From NCBI RefSeq assembly GCF_018977255.1, contig NW_024704743.1, positions 88,104,001 through 88,168,000 of the forward strand: a stretch of 64,000 bases of DNA, read 5' to 3'. The notes beneath the pieces were generated by a model that was given only the letters and a program-made list of their open reading frames with translations, did not search any database and was not told the DNA's origin. Source of the DNA: Callorhinchus milii (Eukaryota). Made by a program: the position numbers and the translations under genes. Shown piece by piece: positions 62,343 to 64,000 of this stretch (the stretch's first letter is position 1; each line of letters opens with the position of its first letter).

Positions 62343-64000
62343 ACACACACAAACAGAGCTGTGCTGCCTCACACACACAAACAGAGCTGTGCTGCCTCAC
62401 ACACACACACACACAGAGCTGTGCTGCCTCACACACACAAACAGAGCTGTGCTGCCTCACACACACAAACAGAGCTGTGCTGCCTCACACACAGAGCTGT
62501 GCTGCCTCACACACACACACACACAGAGCTGTGCTGCCTCACACACACACACACACAGAGCTGTGCTGCCTCACACACACAGAGCTGTGGTGCCTCACAC
62601 ACACACACAGAGCTGTGCTGCCTCACACACACAGAGCTGTGCTGCCACACACACACAGACACACAGAGCTGTGCTGCCTCACACACACAAACAGAGCTGT
62701 GCTGCCTCACACACAGAGCTGTGCTGCCTCACACACACACACACACAGAGCTGTGCTGCCTCACACACACACACACAGAGCTGTGCTGCCTCACACACAC
62801 ACACACAGAGCTGTGCTGCCTCACACACACACACACACACACAGAGCTGTGCTGCCACACACACACACACAGAGCTGTGCTGCCTCACACACACACACAC
62901 AGAGCTGTGCTGCCTCACACACACACACAGAGCTGTGCTGCCACACACACACAGAGCTGTGCTGCCACACACACACAGAGCTGTGCTGCCTCACACACAC
63001 ACACACAGAGCTGTGCTGCCTCACACACACACACACAGAGCTGTGCTGCCTCACACACACACAGAGCTGTGCTGCCACACACACACACAGAGCTGTGCTG
63101 CCACACACACACACAGAGCTGTGCTGCCACACACACACAGACACACAGAGCTGTGCTGCCTCACACACACACATAGAGCTGTGCTGCCACACACACACAG
63201 AGCTGTGCTGCCACACACACACACACAGAGCTGTGCTGCCTCAAACACACACACACACAGAGCTGTGCTGCCTCACACACACACACACAGAGCTGTGCTG
63301 CCTCACACACACACACAGAGCTGTGCTGCCTCACACACACACACACACAGAGCTGTGCTGCCTCACACACACACAGAGCTGTGCTGCCTCACAGACACAC
63401 ACACACAGAGCTGTGCTGCCTCACAGACACACACACACACAGAGCTGTGCTGCCACACACACACACACAGACACACAGAGCTGTGCTGCCTCACACACAC
63501 ACAGAGCTGTGCTGCCTCACAGACACACACACACACAGAGCTGTGCTGCCTCACAGACACACACACACACAGAGCTGTGCTGCCTCACAGACACACACAC
63601 ACAGAGCTGTGCTGCCTCACAGACACACACACACACACAGAGCTGTGCTGCCTCACACACACACACACACAGAGCTGTGCTGCCTCACACACACACACAG
63701 ACACACAGAGCTGTGCTGCCTCACACACACACACACACACACACACAGAGCTGTGCTGCCTCAAACACACACACACACACACAGAGCTGTGCTGCCACAC
63801 ACACACACAGAGCTGTGCTGCCTCACACACACACAGAGCTGTGCTGCCTCACACACACACACACACACACAGAGCTGTGCTGCCTCACACACACACACAC
63901 ACACACACACAGCTGTGCTGCCTCACACACACACAGAGCTGTGCTGCCTCACACACACACACACACACACACAGAGCTGTGCTGCCTCACACACAGAGCT
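62343..64000. repeat. Compound minisatellite: core CAGAGCTGTGCTGCC(T) separated by variable (CA)n; runs off the window
   Basis: Dozens of directly visible units. Confidence 0.98.

Noticed and set aside
62343..64000. CRISPR-like repeat/spacer array, and 303-aa His/Thr/Cys-rich ORF
   Set aside because: Spacers are only (CA)n, there are no cas genes and the context is eukaryotic; the ORFs are open because the repeat lacks stops.

Overview
Repeat-rich vertebrate genomic DNA, not prokaryotic. The repeat families (L2 and CR1 LINEs, Deu-domain SINEs, a young tRNA-Ala SINE with an L2 tail, Penelope fragments) point to a cartilaginous fish, possibly a chimaera (inference). Almost all long ORFs in the track are L2 reverse-transcriptase fragments or repeat read-through. 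The main hidden signal is on the minus strand: splice-flanked exon remnants between ~37 kb and position 1, full of stops and frameshifts. Their translations line up in order with the N-terminal part of the giant AAA+/E3 ligase RNF213 (mysterin). I read this as a decayed RNF213-like paralogue that continues past the left edge; the comparison was by eye against a remembered human sequence and needs a real alignment. A CpG/ETS/CCAAT promoter and clean 5' exons remain at ~55-58 kb, and a second ETS promoter-like site lies at ~37.3 kb. Also present are a probable non-autonomous L2 lineage, a CORE+Deu chimeric SINE series, three-level TE nesting, a MITE-like inverted repeat, a 31-bp phased repeat and a 1.65-kb compound minisatellite at the right end.
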